A program made the position numbers and the translations under genes. This document shows, piece by piece, positions 27,725 to 37,665 of a DNA stretch of 64,000 nucleotides. Each line of letters begins with the position of its first letter. Within the stretch, counting starts at the first letter, position 1. The notes below the pieces were generated by a model. It made no database searches. It had not been told where the DNA came from and saw only the letters and a program-made list of their open reading frames with translations. This stretch comes from Ignavibacteria bacterium. Its GTDB lineage: Bacteria; Bacteroidota; Ignavibacteria; Kapaibacteriales; Kapaibacteriaceae. The stretch is taken from the NCBI GenBank assembly GCA_015709655.1, contig CP054181.1, forward strand, positions 1,172,207 to 1,236,206. The letters run 5' to 3'.

Positions 27725-30184
27725 CTAATTCACGAGAATTTGTAAAAACGCTTTTTGTTCTTTTGAAAGGGGCTCTGACTGAAGGATCGTTCGGGCGAGC
27801 GCCTGCATTTTGAGCTGTGCTGCAAGTTTTTGCAGCGTGTCCTTTGCCGACTGTGCCAGACGTCCGTTTCTGCTCTCCAGAGCGTCAACCACGGCAACCA
27901 TTCCGGCCAGATCTGTTGTTCCCAGGCGAACCATCGAGGCAAAGGCATTCTGGCGGGTACCAAAGTCGTACCGACGACTAGCATAATCGGAAAGGGTTGC
28001 CAGCGCCTGCTTGTCAGCAGTGCCTGCTTTTTGTTCTGCAATTGCAATCTCAATTATGGCACCGGGGCTGCGTACACCGGCTACCCGGTTAGTAAACCTG
28101 TCTGCCTCTGTAGGAAACCATGTGCACAATTTTCTGTATGCCTGTTCAACGATCCGGTACGATGAGTCGGACAGCAGTTCGGCGAGCTCGGGTTTTAACG
28201 ATGCGGGTATTTCGGGGCTCGACCCCACGGCGCGTCTGCGCACTTCCACGTGTTTATCCTGAAATCCGGCCTTGATGATTTGCCAGAACTGGTCATTGCC
28301 ATTTTGAACTTTTTTTGCAGCAATACTTACTGCCTCCATTCGCATGGCATAATGCTTTTCGTTAGCCACGATGTCTTGCAGTACATCAAACAGTTGGTCG
28401 GTATGGACCGAATCAGCAGCCAGCTCGGTAAGAGCATCGTAGCGGTCAATCATTTTCGGTGCTTTTCTGGACTGTGCAAGGAGCATGTCGAATGGCTTTT
28501 TAAAGTTGACTTTCTTTAGGATTGCCGATCCCGGATCGAACAAAACAAACTGAACCTGGCCGTTGCGTGGGTTGGGTATCTCGATGGTTGTGGTCTGTCC
28601 GTTTACCCAGGCAGTGACGCTGTCCTTGCTCGCATCAGTATAATACACCTCGCAGACAACAGGCATTTTAAACCATCCGGTGTAACTGTCGGTAAGCTGA
28701 GTTTGCTGTACAGTTAGCGTTGTAACGGCTTCGCTCCCCTTGGTAACGTTACGTGCTCCGGTCAGCATTGTGATATCAAACGCTGGTTCACCTCCCTTGT
28801 AGAGCCACTGATCAAAAAACCACCGGGGACTCAGGCCCAGAGTATCCTGAAATGCCAGATACAAATCATTCGTTTCTACATTGCGATATTCATGTTTTTT
28901 AAGATAGTGATGTATCACCCGTCGCAGTTCGTCATGACCGAACACTGTACTCATCATATCAAGGACCAAAGCCCCCTTCGGATAAATACGCGTAGTCCCG
29001 GCTTTTACATGCACAACCGGAAATCGGTCCTTCTCACCTGCTGCAAGCACACTTTTCTGCATCCCCCGGCGTACCCATTCATACTCATCGGTACCGTGAG
29101 TTTGGCGAGTAAAGATCAGGGGGTAGTACGTGGCAAAGCTTTCCTGCAGCCATACGGAACGACTGCTTCGAGCTGTAATCAGGTCGCCAAACCACTGATG
29201 AGTTAATTCATGGACGTTAACTCCCACATACGAACGGTCAAGCCATCCACGTGCGTCGTTGAGGAAGAAGTCACCAAAAATCGTTGCCGTTGTATTCTCC
29301 ATTGCCCCAAACACAAAGTCGGCAACCGGCACCTGTCTGTAGATCTCCCACGGATAGGGTACTCCTGTTTCCTGTTCCAGGAAGTCCATGCTTTCCTTGC
29401 TTAGCCTGTACGTTGGTTCGGCGTCTTGCGGACGGTCTGGGTACCAGTACTGTTCAAGCAGCACACCGGTGCTGGTAGTATCCTTTGTTACGGCATACTT
29501 GCCGATGGCAATCATGAATAAATATGATGCATGCGGCTTCTTCATCCGATACCGCCAGGTTCTGGTTGCTCCGCTGTTCTCGGTCACGCCCACCAGTTGT
29601 CCGTTAGAAATAACCGTATAGGCTGAGTCAAACGTGATAATAGCCTCCGTCAGCATTTTGTCGTTCATTTCGTCATACAATGGAATCCAGTGCCGGTGGT
29701 CTATTGCCTGGCCTTGTGACCATATCTGACGTCGCATTGTTCCGGTAGGGTCATTCCAGCCAATAAAGTAGAGGCCCTTTTGGGGCTGTGCCGTGTAGGT
29801 AAACAGAACAGACCCTGTGTCGGTCCAGGCTAACGGTTTTTCACAATACACCGTAACGCTGCTGTCGTTCACGGTGTACCGAGCAGGCCTCCCGTTCAGA
29901 AGAGTTTGCTGAATATTCATGGCGATGCCGTCAAACACCAGTGAATCAACGCTTTTCTGTAAAACCGTAAACGTATGCTCCACTCGTCCGTGAACAAGAG
30001 ATTTCTCGGGCTCGAACGAAACTTCAAGTTTCATTGACGTGATATCAAGGGGATGTTCGCGGGGTTCGCCTGATGGATCAACCAGATAGGAAGCCGTATG
30101 AGAGTAGTCGCTCTGGGCCTGAGCGTGTGCTGCAAACATCACGAACACACAGCTCGCCAGCACAATGCAACATCGTTTGTTCAT
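27725..30184 (-). CDS. M1-family zinc aminopeptidase (aminopeptidase N-like) with C-terminal HEAT/ARM-like repeats
   Basis: HELTHQWFG zinc-binding motif (HExxH) plus the downstream WLQESFATY glutamate, both diagnostic of peptidase M1. Signal peptide from internal Met MNKRCCIVLASCVFVMFAAHAQA; the track ORF over-extends to 30355. Confidence 0.8.
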   Translation of the reverse strand: MNKRCCIVLASCVFVMFAAHAQAQSDYSHTASYLVDPSGEPREHPLDITSMKLEVSFEPEKSLVHGRVEHTFTVLQKSVDSLVFDGIAMNIQQTLLNGRPARYTVNDSSVTVYCEKPLAWTDTGSVLFTYTAQPQKGLYFIGWNDPTGTMRRQIWSQGQAIDHRHWIPLYDEMNDKMLTEAIITFDSAYTVISNGQLVGVTENSGATRTWRYRMKKPHASYLFMIAIGKYAVTKDTTSTGVLLEQYWYPDRPQDAEPTYRLSKESMDFLEQETGVPYPWEIYRQVPVADFVFGAMENTTATIFGDFFLNDARGWLDRSYVGVNVHELTHQWFGDLITARSSRSVWLQESFATYYPLIFTRQTHGTDEYEWVRRGMQKSVLAAGEKDRFPVVHVKAGTTRIYPKGALVLDMMSTVFGHDELRRVIHHYLKKHEYRNVETNDLYLAFQDTLGLSPRWFFDQWLYKGGEPAFDITMLTGARNVTKGSEAVTTLTVQQTQLTDSYTGWFKMPVVCEVYYTDASKDSVTAWVNGQTTTIEIPNPRNGQVQFVLFDPGSAILKKVNFKKPFDMLLAQSRKAPKMIDRYDALTELAADSVHTDQLFDVLQDIVANEKHYAMRMEAVSIAAKKVQNGNDQFWQIIKAGFQDKHVEVRRRAVGSSPEIPASLKPELAELLSDSSYRIVEQAYRKLCTWFPTEADRFTNRVAGVRSPGAIIEIAIAEQKAGTADKQALATLSDYASRRYDFGTRQNAFASMVRLGTTDLAGMVAVVDALESRNGRLAQSAKDTLQKLAAQLKMQALARTILQSEPLSKEQKAFLQILVN

Positions 30185-30222
30185 GGTGCGCCTGGATAAA
30201 ATAATGTCGAATTCATCAAAAT

Positions 30223-30230
30223 TACCGTGA
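30223..30230 (+). promoter_or_regulatory. candidate -7 promoter element (TAgtTTTG) upstream of crcB
   Basis: TAGTTTTG matches the TAnnTTTG consensus ~38 nt upstream of the crcB ATG. Confidence 0.25.
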
Positions 30231-30268
30231 TAGTTTTGTTTTGCCCTGTCACACACAAAAAACATAGC

Positions 30269-30652
30269 ATGGTACAATCTGTTTTTCTTGTTATTGCCGG
30301 CGGCGGATTGGGGAGTGGGACCCGCTACCTGGTCTCCGCTCTCCTTCCGCACCACACCGGCAGGTTTCCGGTTAGCACCCTAATCGTGAATATTGCGGGG
30401 TCGTTCATACTTGGAGGCCTTTCTTCATTTTCCGTCATCCACTCACACGAGTCTCGCACCGTATTGCTGTTCCTGGGAACGGGTTTTTGTGGCGGATTCA
30501 CTACCATGAGTACGTTTTCGGCGGAAGCAATACTATTATTTCAGTCCGGACATCTTTTACTAGCCTCGACGTATATCATTGCATCAGTATGCGGAAGCAT
30601 TATAAGTGCATTGCTTGGTATGGCAGCCATGTATGCCATATATCGACAGTGA
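30269..30652 (+). CDS. crcB: fluoride ion channel/exporter CrcB (Fluc)
   Basis: ~127 aa with four TM segments and the signature motifs GGGLGSGTRY and GFCGGFTTMSTF. Confidence 0.85.
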   Translation: MVQSVFLVIAGGGLGSGTRYLVSALLPHHTGRFPVSTLIVNIAGSFILGGLSSFSVIHSHESRTVLLFLGTGFCGGFTTMSTFSAEAILLFQSGHLLLASTYIIASVCGSIISALLGMAAMYAIYRQ

Positions 30653-30685
30653 TTTTCCCACCTTTACCAACACCGTTTAAAGCCT

Positions 30686-31510
30686 ATGAACTTTGACAGT
30701 ATGTGGATTGAGATCCAACACGTTGCGATAACATACGGACTCCGTATTGTTGGCGCGATATTCACCTTTATTATTGGCCGGTGGGTTATCCGCCTAATTA
30801 TAAAGGGAATTTCACGTGCCATTGCCGCAAAGGAATTCGACGCAACACTGCAGAAATATATGCGGTCCATCATTTCTGTTGGACTCAATATTCTTCTAAT
30901 TGTCAGTATTCTGGCGCAGTTTGGTATCGAAACAACATCGTTTGCGGCACTACTTGCTGCCCTTGGCCTGGCTATCGGAACTGCGTGGGGTGGCTTGCTG
31001 GCAAACTTTGCTGCCGGTGCGTTTCTGCTTGTACTGCGTCCATTTAAAGTCGGCGATGTTATCAGCGCTGCCGGTGCCAACGGAGTGGTTGATGAAATTG
31101 GTTTGTTTGTGACCACAATAACAGCGTCCGATGGAACGAAGATCTACCTGGGTAATAACAATATATTTTCTGATAATATTCAAAACTTTACAGACATTCA
31201 GTACCGGCGCATTGAACGTACAATGCAGCTTGCTCATGCTGCCAATGTTGACGATACCATTGAACGCCTTCGGACCGCTATACAGGCTGTGCCCGGGGTG
31301 CTTGATAAACCCGAGCCTGAAATCTGGGTCATGGACTTTACTCTTGCAGGAGCCGTCCTGGCAGTACGTCCGTACTGCAAACCGGCCGACTACGTGCGCG
31401 TACTCAGCGAAACCAACAACGTAATCCGCCGTGTAACTGACGAGGCAAACCTTCCGGTTCCTGAAATGAGCTACGTAATGCGAACCACTGTACACCCGGG
31501 TAAATCGTAA
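30686..31510 (+). CDS. small-conductance mechanosensitive channel (MscS family)
   Basis: 274 aa. N-terminal TM helices followed by the conserved MscS pore-helix/beta-domain region (LLANFAAGAFLLVLRPFKVGDVI...GVVDEIGLFVTTI). Confidence 0.8.
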   Translation: MNFDSMWIEIQHVAITYGLRIVGAIFTFIIGRWVIRLIIKGISRAIAAKEFDATLQKYMRSIISVGLNILLIVSILAQFGIETTSFAALLAALGLAIGTAWGGLLANFAAGAFLLVLRPFKVGDVISAAGANGVVDEIGLFVTTITASDGTKIYLGNNNIFSDNIQNFTDIQYRRIERTMQLAHAANVDDTIERLRTAIQAVPGVLDKPEPEIWVMDFTLAGAVLAVRPYCKPADYVRVLSETNNVIRRVTDEANLPVPEMSYVMRTTVHPGKS

Positions 31511-31516
31511 AAAGCA

Positions 31517-32170
31517 ATGCTGCTGCTGATTCTATTCATCGCGGTACTGTCGGCATCCTGCCACGAAGCCAAAAGTCCGCCCAAGCCCCTTATCAATCAT
31601 CACACAACAATGAAAACTCATCAACTGGATACTGCTACACTTGCCGGAGGGTGCTTCTGGTGCATTGAGGCTGTTTTTCAACGACTGGAGGGTGTAACTT
31701 CAGTGGTAAGCGGCTACGCCGGTGGTACGCCCGAGACAGCCAACTATAAAGCCGTGTGTTCCGGCACCACCAATCATACAGAGGCTTGTACAATCGAGTA
31801 CGATGCATCTGTAATCACATTTGCCGAAATTTTACAGGTATTCTTTTCGGCACATGATCCAACAACTCCTAACCGACAGGGAAACGACGTTGGACCGCAA
31901 TATGCAAGCGTTATTTACTATCATTCACCGGAACAGGAGAATACAGCCCGCGCCTATATTGAGCAGCTTACAGCAGCGAAAACCTGGCCCGGTCCAATCG
32001 TAACACACGTGCGTCAGTTCACAACGTTCTTCCCTGCCGAAGATTATCATCAAAATTACTATAATGAGAATGGCTCGCAACCCTACTGCTCCTTCGTTGT
32101 CCGCCCCAAGGTGGAAAAGTTCGAGAAGCTATTCCCCGACAAAGTGAAAAAAGTATCGCTGTCAAAGTAA
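31517..32170 (+). CDS. msrA: peptide-methionine (S)-S-oxide reductase MsrA (secreted/lipoprotein form)
   Basis: Catalytic GCFWC motif (LAGGCFWCIEAVFQRLEGV), ~160-aa MsrA core, and an N-terminal lipoprotein-like signal (AVLSASC). Confidence 0.85.
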   Translation: MLLLILFIAVLSASCHEAKSPPKPLINHHTTMKTHQLDTATLAGGCFWCIEAVFQRLEGVTSVVSGYAGGTPETANYKAVCSGTTNHTEACTIEYDASVITFAEILQVFFSAHDPTTPNRQGNDVGPQYASVIYYHSPEQENTARAYIEQLTAAKTWPGPIVTHVRQFTTFFPAEDYHQNYYNENGSQPYCSFVVRPKVEKFEKLFPDKVKKVSLSK

Positions 32171-32267
32171 ACACAACGGCTGCCAGCGATCCGGCGTTAA
32201 AGAAAATCTGGCTTCAGCGATTAAAACACATTGGTTCTATCAAAAATCGTGCTATTTTTAACGTACG

Positions 32268-32840
32268 ATGATTACGCTTGACAACCTTCTGATAGAATCT
32301 GATGTGTTAAGCACTGAGTTTTTATGTGACGTAGCTCAATGCAAAGGGGCTTGCTGTACGTTAAAAGGCGGTGGCGGAGCACCTGTTGCCGATGCCGAGG
32401 TAGAGCGAATTCAGAGTGCCGCACCGGTTGCCAGGAAATATCTAAGTTCAGCAAACCAGGCAATACTGGATTCATCAGGAGGGCTTACCGGCAGCGACGG
32501 GAACTGGGAAACAGTCTGCGTTAACAATGCCGAATGTGTATTTGTTTCGTGGGAAGGGGGTATTGCCAAGTGCTCGTTCGAGCGGGCGTATCACGCCGGG
32601 GAAAGTACCTTCCGCAAGCCACTGTCATGCCATCTGTTCCCGATTCGTGTCCACAATTTTGGTGGTCCCTATCTGCGGTACGAGGTCTTTGATGAGTGTG
32701 CACCTGGCCGGGAGAATGGGAAGAAAACGGGAACGTTGCTGGTAGAAATGCTCCGTGAGGCATTAACCAGGGCATACGGAGAAGAGGTAGCCGGCACCAT
32801 GGTTCACGTAGCAAGGACAATGAAGGAGGATAATCCATGA
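32268..32840 (+). CDS. DUF3109-family Cys-rich protein
   Basis: 190 aa with a CDVAQCKGACC cluster and further conserved Cys typical of DUF3109. Its stop overlaps the rpoN start (ATGA). Confidence 0.5.
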   Translation: MITLDNLLIESDVLSTEFLCDVAQCKGACCTLKGGGGAPVADAEVERIQSAAPVARKYLSSANQAILDSSGGLTGSDGNWETVCVNNAECVFVSWEGGIAKCSFERAYHAGESTFRKPLSCHLFPIRVHNFGGPYLRYEVFDECAPGRENGKKTGTLLVEMLREALTRAYGEEVAGTMVHVARTMKEDNP

Positions 32841-34456
32841 AGCTTGGGTTAAATCTCCAGACGTCATTACAGCAGACGCTGACTCCCCAGCAGATTCAGT
32901 ATCTGAAGCTGCTGCAACTTTCAGCCCTACAGTTTGAGCAGCACGTCCATTCTGAAGTCGAAAACAATCCTATGCTTGAGGAGCAGCGCGAAACGGCTGA
33001 TTTCGAGACTACCGCTATCGAACCGGTTTCTGTCATTTCCGATGACTCCGGTACCGAATCAGCTCCTCAGCCGGTGGTTTATGGGAATCAAACCGGATCA
33101 ATCATTCAAACCCACAGTGAGATCCAGGACACGTCAGACGGATTTGAGTTTTATAAGCTGCTGTGGGGCGAAGATCCATCTGCAGCCCGGTCTTCCGACT
33201 ATAATCCGTCGGAAGACGAAGACGATGACACCACCAGCTACCTCTTCCGTGAAATGCCCAGCCTGGAAGACGAGATGAGGGAACAGATTCGGTTTCTCCC
33301 GTTGACAGCCGAAGAACAACTCCTTGCCGACTACATCATTGGGAATGTGGACTCGGACGGCTACCTCCGGCGTCCGCTTACTGAATTAGTTGCCGAAGTG
33401 AACGGTTTAATTGCCGAACACAATCTTGCAATTCAGGCCCCTACGCTGCTTGGCACGGCAAACACCGGGTACGAGCGTGATATTATCAGCGGGATTTCTG
33501 AAATGTTGGAGGCCCTTTCACTGAAGCAGGCTGAGAGTGTTCTAAGTCGTATTCAAAATCTTGACCCACCCGGCTTTGCTTCACGAACGGTTCAGGAATG
33601 CCTGGTAGCACAGCTTAAATCGGTAAAAAAAGCAAATGCAGCACAAAAACTGGCCTTGCTGATTCTGACTGATGCGTACGAACCGTTTGCGATGAAACAC
33701 TACCCGGTTATTGCAAAACAGTTGGACGTTACCGAGGACTATCTGCGTGAGGCAATCGATGTTATCAGAAACCTTAACCCGCGTCCGGGAGGCGGAACGT
33801 TTGGCCCTGAGTCTAATACCATTGCTCCGGACTTTACTGTAGAACCAACCGAGGACGGATCGGACTTTATCATTACCGTTAACGATAGCCGCCTGCCCGT
33901 GCTGCGCGTAAGCGATGCGTACGACCGATTGAAGAAAGAAGCCCGATTTCACAAGTTCAACAAGGAAACCCGTGAATGGCTGAGGAAGAAATACGAAGAT
34001 GCAAAGTTCCTGATGCAGGCAATCCGCCAGCGGAAGAGCACAATGCTGCGGGTGATGACGGCAATTGCCGGGCTTCAGCGGGATTTCTTTATCCGAGGTC
34101 CGGAAGGACTCCGCCCCCTTATCTACCGTGACGTAAGCGAAATCACCGGACTTGACATCAGTACCGTATGCAGAATTGTAAATGGCAAGTACGTGCAGAC
34201 TCACTTCGGAACCTTTGAGCTAAAATACTTTTTCAGCGAGTCACTGGTTACCGATGACGGTGAGGAAGTGAGCACACGCATCATTAAGCAAAAAATAAAG
34301 GAACTTATTGATGCCGAGAGTAAATCAAAACCGCTCAGCGACGATAAACTTGCCAAGGACCTGAAACGCTTTGGATACGTTGTGGCCCGACGTACCGTGG
34401 CCAAGTACCGTGAACAACTTAAAATTCCCGTCGCACGCCTCCGCAAAGAGTTGTAG
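32837..34456 (+). CDS. rpoN: RNA polymerase sigma-54 factor RpoN
   Basis: N-terminal Gln/Leu-rich activator-interacting region (LQQTLTPQQIQYLKLLQLS), an acidic linker, and a C-terminal HTH with the RpoN box ARRTVAKYRE. Confidence 0.9.
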   Translation: MKLGLNLQTSLQQTLTPQQIQYLKLLQLSALQFEQHVHSEVENNPMLEEQRETADFETTAIEPVSVISDDSGTESAPQPVVYGNQTGSIIQTHSEIQDTSDGFEFYKLLWGEDPSAARSSDYNPSEDEDDDTTSYLFREMPSLEDEMREQIRFLPLTAEEQLLADYIIGNVDSDGYLRRPLTELVAEVNGLIAEHNLAIQAPTLLGTANTGYERDIISGISEMLEALSLKQAESVLSRIQNLDPPGFASRTVQECLVAQLKSVKKANAAQKLALLILTDAYEPFAMKHYPVIAKQLDVTEDYLREAIDVIRNLNPRPGGGTFGPESNTIAPDFTVEPTEDGSDFIITVNDSRLPVLRVSDAYDRLKKEARFHKFNKETREWLRKKYEDAKFLMQAIRQRKSTMLRVMTAIAGLQRDFFIRGPEGLRPLIYRDVSEITGLDISTVCRIVNGKYVQTHFGTFELKYFFSESLVTDDGEEVSTRIIKQKIKELIDAESKSKPLSDDKLAKDLKRFGYVVARRTVAKYREQLKIPVARLRKEL

Positions 34457-34518
34457 CCCCCTACACATCCCCTAAAGAGTCACAACCGGCTCCACTGTTC
34501 ATACTATGCTCAAATAGG

Positions 34519-35154
34519 TTGAACCGGTGCAATTATATTTTACTGAAAACAGGGGGTATGACAACTTATGACATAGGACTCGACGTAGCATCGTACATAC
34601 TACGAGACATACGTTACACTCCATGGGTTCGCTCTTTGTCACGGCCTGCACTTTATAGAGTACAGTCTATCCTGGCATCGCTCATAAATGGCGAGGTAGT
34701 AACGGCCGGTAAGGTAGCAGCTCAGCTGGAAGTGAGCCAAAGAACGATAGCACGTGATATAAACTATCTTATAAACACACTGCATATTCCAATTGCATAC
34801 GATGCTCAACAGCACACCTACGTTCTAAAGGGACCTGTTCCGGTGTTATTTGCGCCTCAGGCAGGGTTTCCGGGTCAGTCAGTACTGCCGGAACCGGACA
34901 CTCTGGTTACGTTGGAGGTAGCAAGTGAACTGGTACCGCACTTTGAATCGGTAGAGCTTCATCCAAGTCAGAGGTTTAAAACACTACCGAACGGATCAGG
35001 ACAGTTATTCCTGACAGTGTCGCCCGACGATGCCTTGGCACAATGGGTAATGAGCTATGGGGGCAAGGTGCGCGTAATTAGTCCGCAGTCACTGCGATCA
35101 AGAATCCGTACGCTGGCACTCCGAATTCTTGCCAGCCATGGTCCCGAGAACTAA
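34519..35154 (+). CDS. HTH-WCX transcriptional regulator (BrxR/CapW/PafBC-like architecture but apparently without the WYL ligand-binding domain)
   Basis: N-terminal DeoR/HTH_11-type helix-turn-helix (GEVVTAGKVAAQLEVSQRTIARDINYL). C-terminal ...QLFLTVSPDDALAQWVMSYGGKVRVISPQSLRSRIRTLALRIL matches the WYL-C-terminal-extension (WCX) pattern. At only 211 aa there is no room for a WYL domain. Confidence 0.45.
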   Translation: MNRCNYILLKTGGMTTYDIGLDVASYILRDIRYTPWVRSLSRPALYRVQSILASLINGEVVTAGKVAAQLEVSQRTIARDINYLINTLHIPIAYDAQQHTYVLKGPVPVLFAPQAGFPGQSVLPEPDTLVTLEVASELVPHFESVELHPSQRFKTLPNGSGQLFLTVSPDDALAQWVMSYGGKVRVISPQSLRSRIRTLALRILASHGPEN

Positions 35155-35159
35155 CCCGC

Positions 35160-36050
35160 CTATGCTTGCTTGGGTACAAAGAGTTTCATACTGATATCAA
35201 GTGCAGCAGCACTGTGGGTGATAGCGCCTACGCTCACAAAGTCAACACCGGCATCGGCATACTCACGGATATTTCCGTAGGTTATTCCACCACTGGCTTC
35301 GGTTTCTAACCTACCGTTTACGATGCGTACACCTTCGGCAACCTGCTGTGGCGTAAAGTTGTCGAACATGACGCGGTGTACGCCTTCGCACTGCAGGATT
35401 TCGCGTACTTCATCCAACGACCGTGCTTCGACCTCTATACGAATCGAGCTGCGGCCCTGTAATTCCTGAACGCACCGTGTTACTGCTTCGGTGATTCCAC
35501 CCATTGCCGTGATGTGGTTATCCTTTATCATCACCATGTCATACAAGCCGTACCGATGGTTAAGCGCACCTCCCACAACGGTAGCGTATTTATCAAGTAA
35601 CCGCCATCCCGGAATTGTTTTGCGCGTATCAAGGATCCTTGTTTTGGTACCCTCCAGCCTGTCGGCATATCTCCGTGTAAGCGTGGCAACGCCGCTCAAA
35701 CGCTGAATGAAATTCAGGGCCGTGCGTTCACCGCCCAGTAATGCCTGGGCTCTGCCTCCAATGGTTGCGATCACGGTACCGGCTGGATTCCAGCTTCCTT
35801 CCTCTACCAATACCCGTAAATCAACATCATTGCTAAACTCTCTGAATACCAGTTTCAGGACCGGCAATCCACATATTACGCCGTCAGATTTGAGTACAAA
35901 ACGGGCGGCAGCCTGTGTATCACGGTCAATCGTGAGTTCAGTGGTTATATCGCCCGATCCAAGGTCTTCATAAATGGCAATCTGTATCAGCCGAATTACT
36001 TCGCTGTCAATCGGGAATCTGGGTACTGGCGCTTCTTTTGTCATTATCAC
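35160..36050 (-). CDS. nadC: nicotinate-nucleotide pyrophosphorylase [carboxylating] (quinolinate phosphoribosyltransferase)
   Basis: 296 aa. Conserved QPRTase motifs (ILDTRKT, VMIKDNHI, GVDFVSVGAITHS). Confidence 0.85.
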   Translation of the reverse strand: MIMTKEAPVPRFPIDSEVIRLIQIAIYEDLGSGDITTELTIDRDTQAAARFVLKSDGVICGLPVLKLVFREFSNDVDLRVLVEEGSWNPAGTVIATIGGRAQALLGGERTALNFIQRLSGVATLTRRYADRLEGTKTRILDTRKTIPGWRLLDKYATVVGGALNHRYGLYDMVMIKDNHITAMGGITEAVTRCVQELQGRSSIRIEVEARSLDEVREILQCEGVHRVMFDNFTPQQVAEGVRIVNGRLETEASGGITYGNIREYADAGVDFVSVGAITHSAAALDISMKLFVPKQA

Positions 36051-37647
36051 TATGAAATTGAAACTGATACAAACGAAAAATTTTCACCGTCAAACAAACC
36101 TTTGTCACTGAGCTTAAGCTTTGGAATTACAAGTAGTGCCATAAACGATAAAGTCATGAAGGGGGCTCGGAGTTCGGAGCCTAGTTTTTTAGCTGCTGCA
36201 TCAAGAGCAACGTACTGCACTGCAACGCTCCCGGCATCAGCCGTGCTCATCAGGCCTGCTACCGGGAGCGGCAGTACTGATGCTGAATGGTCGTCATACA
36301 CGCTTAGTCCGCCCTTCTCGCGAATAACGGCGTTTACAGCCTGAACAATGGCCGTATCGGTGCATCCTACGGCAACAATATTATGCGAGTCATGGGCTAC
36401 CGATGAGGCCATGGCTCCGTGCTGTAATCCAAAGCCCCTTACCCAGGCAATAGCAACCGGCGCCTTGGTGTAGCGGTTAACAACACACAGTTTCAGCACA
36501 TCTGGGTCCGACGGACTCAGATGTTCCTCGGTGGTGGTAAGCAACCCGTCATGAGCCACGATCACTCGTACTGTGCCGGTAGCGTCCACCTGAATATCGG
36601 CAGCCGTAATCGGTGTGGCAGTAAAGTTGTTTATTGGCGTAGCCGTTGTGCTTGGAATCAGGCATGTGCCGTTGTCAGCCACACAGGTACCGCGAATCCA
36701 CGTTTGCAGAACCTTCATCGAGGCAAGATCATCCACCACGATAAAGTCGGCAGAGTCGTTTTCTTGAAGCAAACCCACGGGTAGCTGATAGTGCTGTACA
36801 GGGTTGTAGCTGGCAGCCCGCAGAACATCAAACAGATCATACCGCAGAGCAAGAGCCCGACGCACATGATTATTGATGTGCCCGTTAATCAACAGGTCAG
36901 GGTGGGCATCATCACAGCAGAACATAACGTTGTTGGGATGCTGTCCTATCAAAGGATGTAGTGCATCAAAATTCCTGGCTGCAGATCCTTCGCGTATCAG
37001 AATCTTCATGCCGCAGTCAACCTTGTCGAGGGCTTCCTGAAGCGTAAAGCACTCATGGTCTGTAGCAATGCCGCAGCCCGCATAGGCGCGGGCACGTTCT
37101 CCGGTAAGGCCTGGAGCGTGTCCGTCTACAGGCTTGCCGTACTTCTGAGCGATACCGATTTTTTCCATTACACCCGGATCAGCGTTCAGAACACCGGGCC
37201 AGTTCATCATCTCACTCAGATATCGGATATCGGGTCTGGCAAGCAACGTACGTATATCGTCGGCAGTGATTTCGGCACCAGCAGTTTCAAAGATAGTGGC
37301 AGGGACGCAGCTTGGTGCGCCAAATGCAATCGTAAACGGTAAGCCAGCAGCGTTGTTGATCATGAATTCGATGCCGGCCATACCACACACATTTGCAATT
37401 TCATGCGGATCGCTTACAGTGGCTACAGTGCCATGCAGAACGGCAAGCCTGACAAATTCGCTGGGAATAAGCAAACTACTCTCAATGTGAACGTGTGCAT
37501 CAACAAAACCGGGAAGGATGTACGGACCAACGGTAACCGAATTGTCGGCTTCAACGGCTGCGATGTGCGTACCATCAACCACAACTCTGCCACCATACAT
37601 ACGGCGATGTACTACGTCAACAATAGTTCCCTGTATTTGCGTGCTCA
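36050..37647 (-). CDS. ade: adenine deaminase (amidohydrolase superfamily)
   Basis: N-terminal ...DVVHRRMYGGRVVVDGTHIAAVEAD... then PGFVDAHVHIESS metal-binding HxH and ~530-aa length typical of adenine deaminase. Start taken at the internal ATG (MSTQIQG). Confidence 0.8.
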
Positions 37648-37665
37648 TGATGTTGATAAGACAGT

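Noticed and set aside
30185-30268. Possible fluoride (crcB-motif) riboswitch upstream of crcB
   Set aside because: The 84-nt leader is AT-rich and lacks the conserved GGCGATGG...ACCGCC pseudoknot core of fluoride riboswitches. Only a -7-like promoter element is evident.
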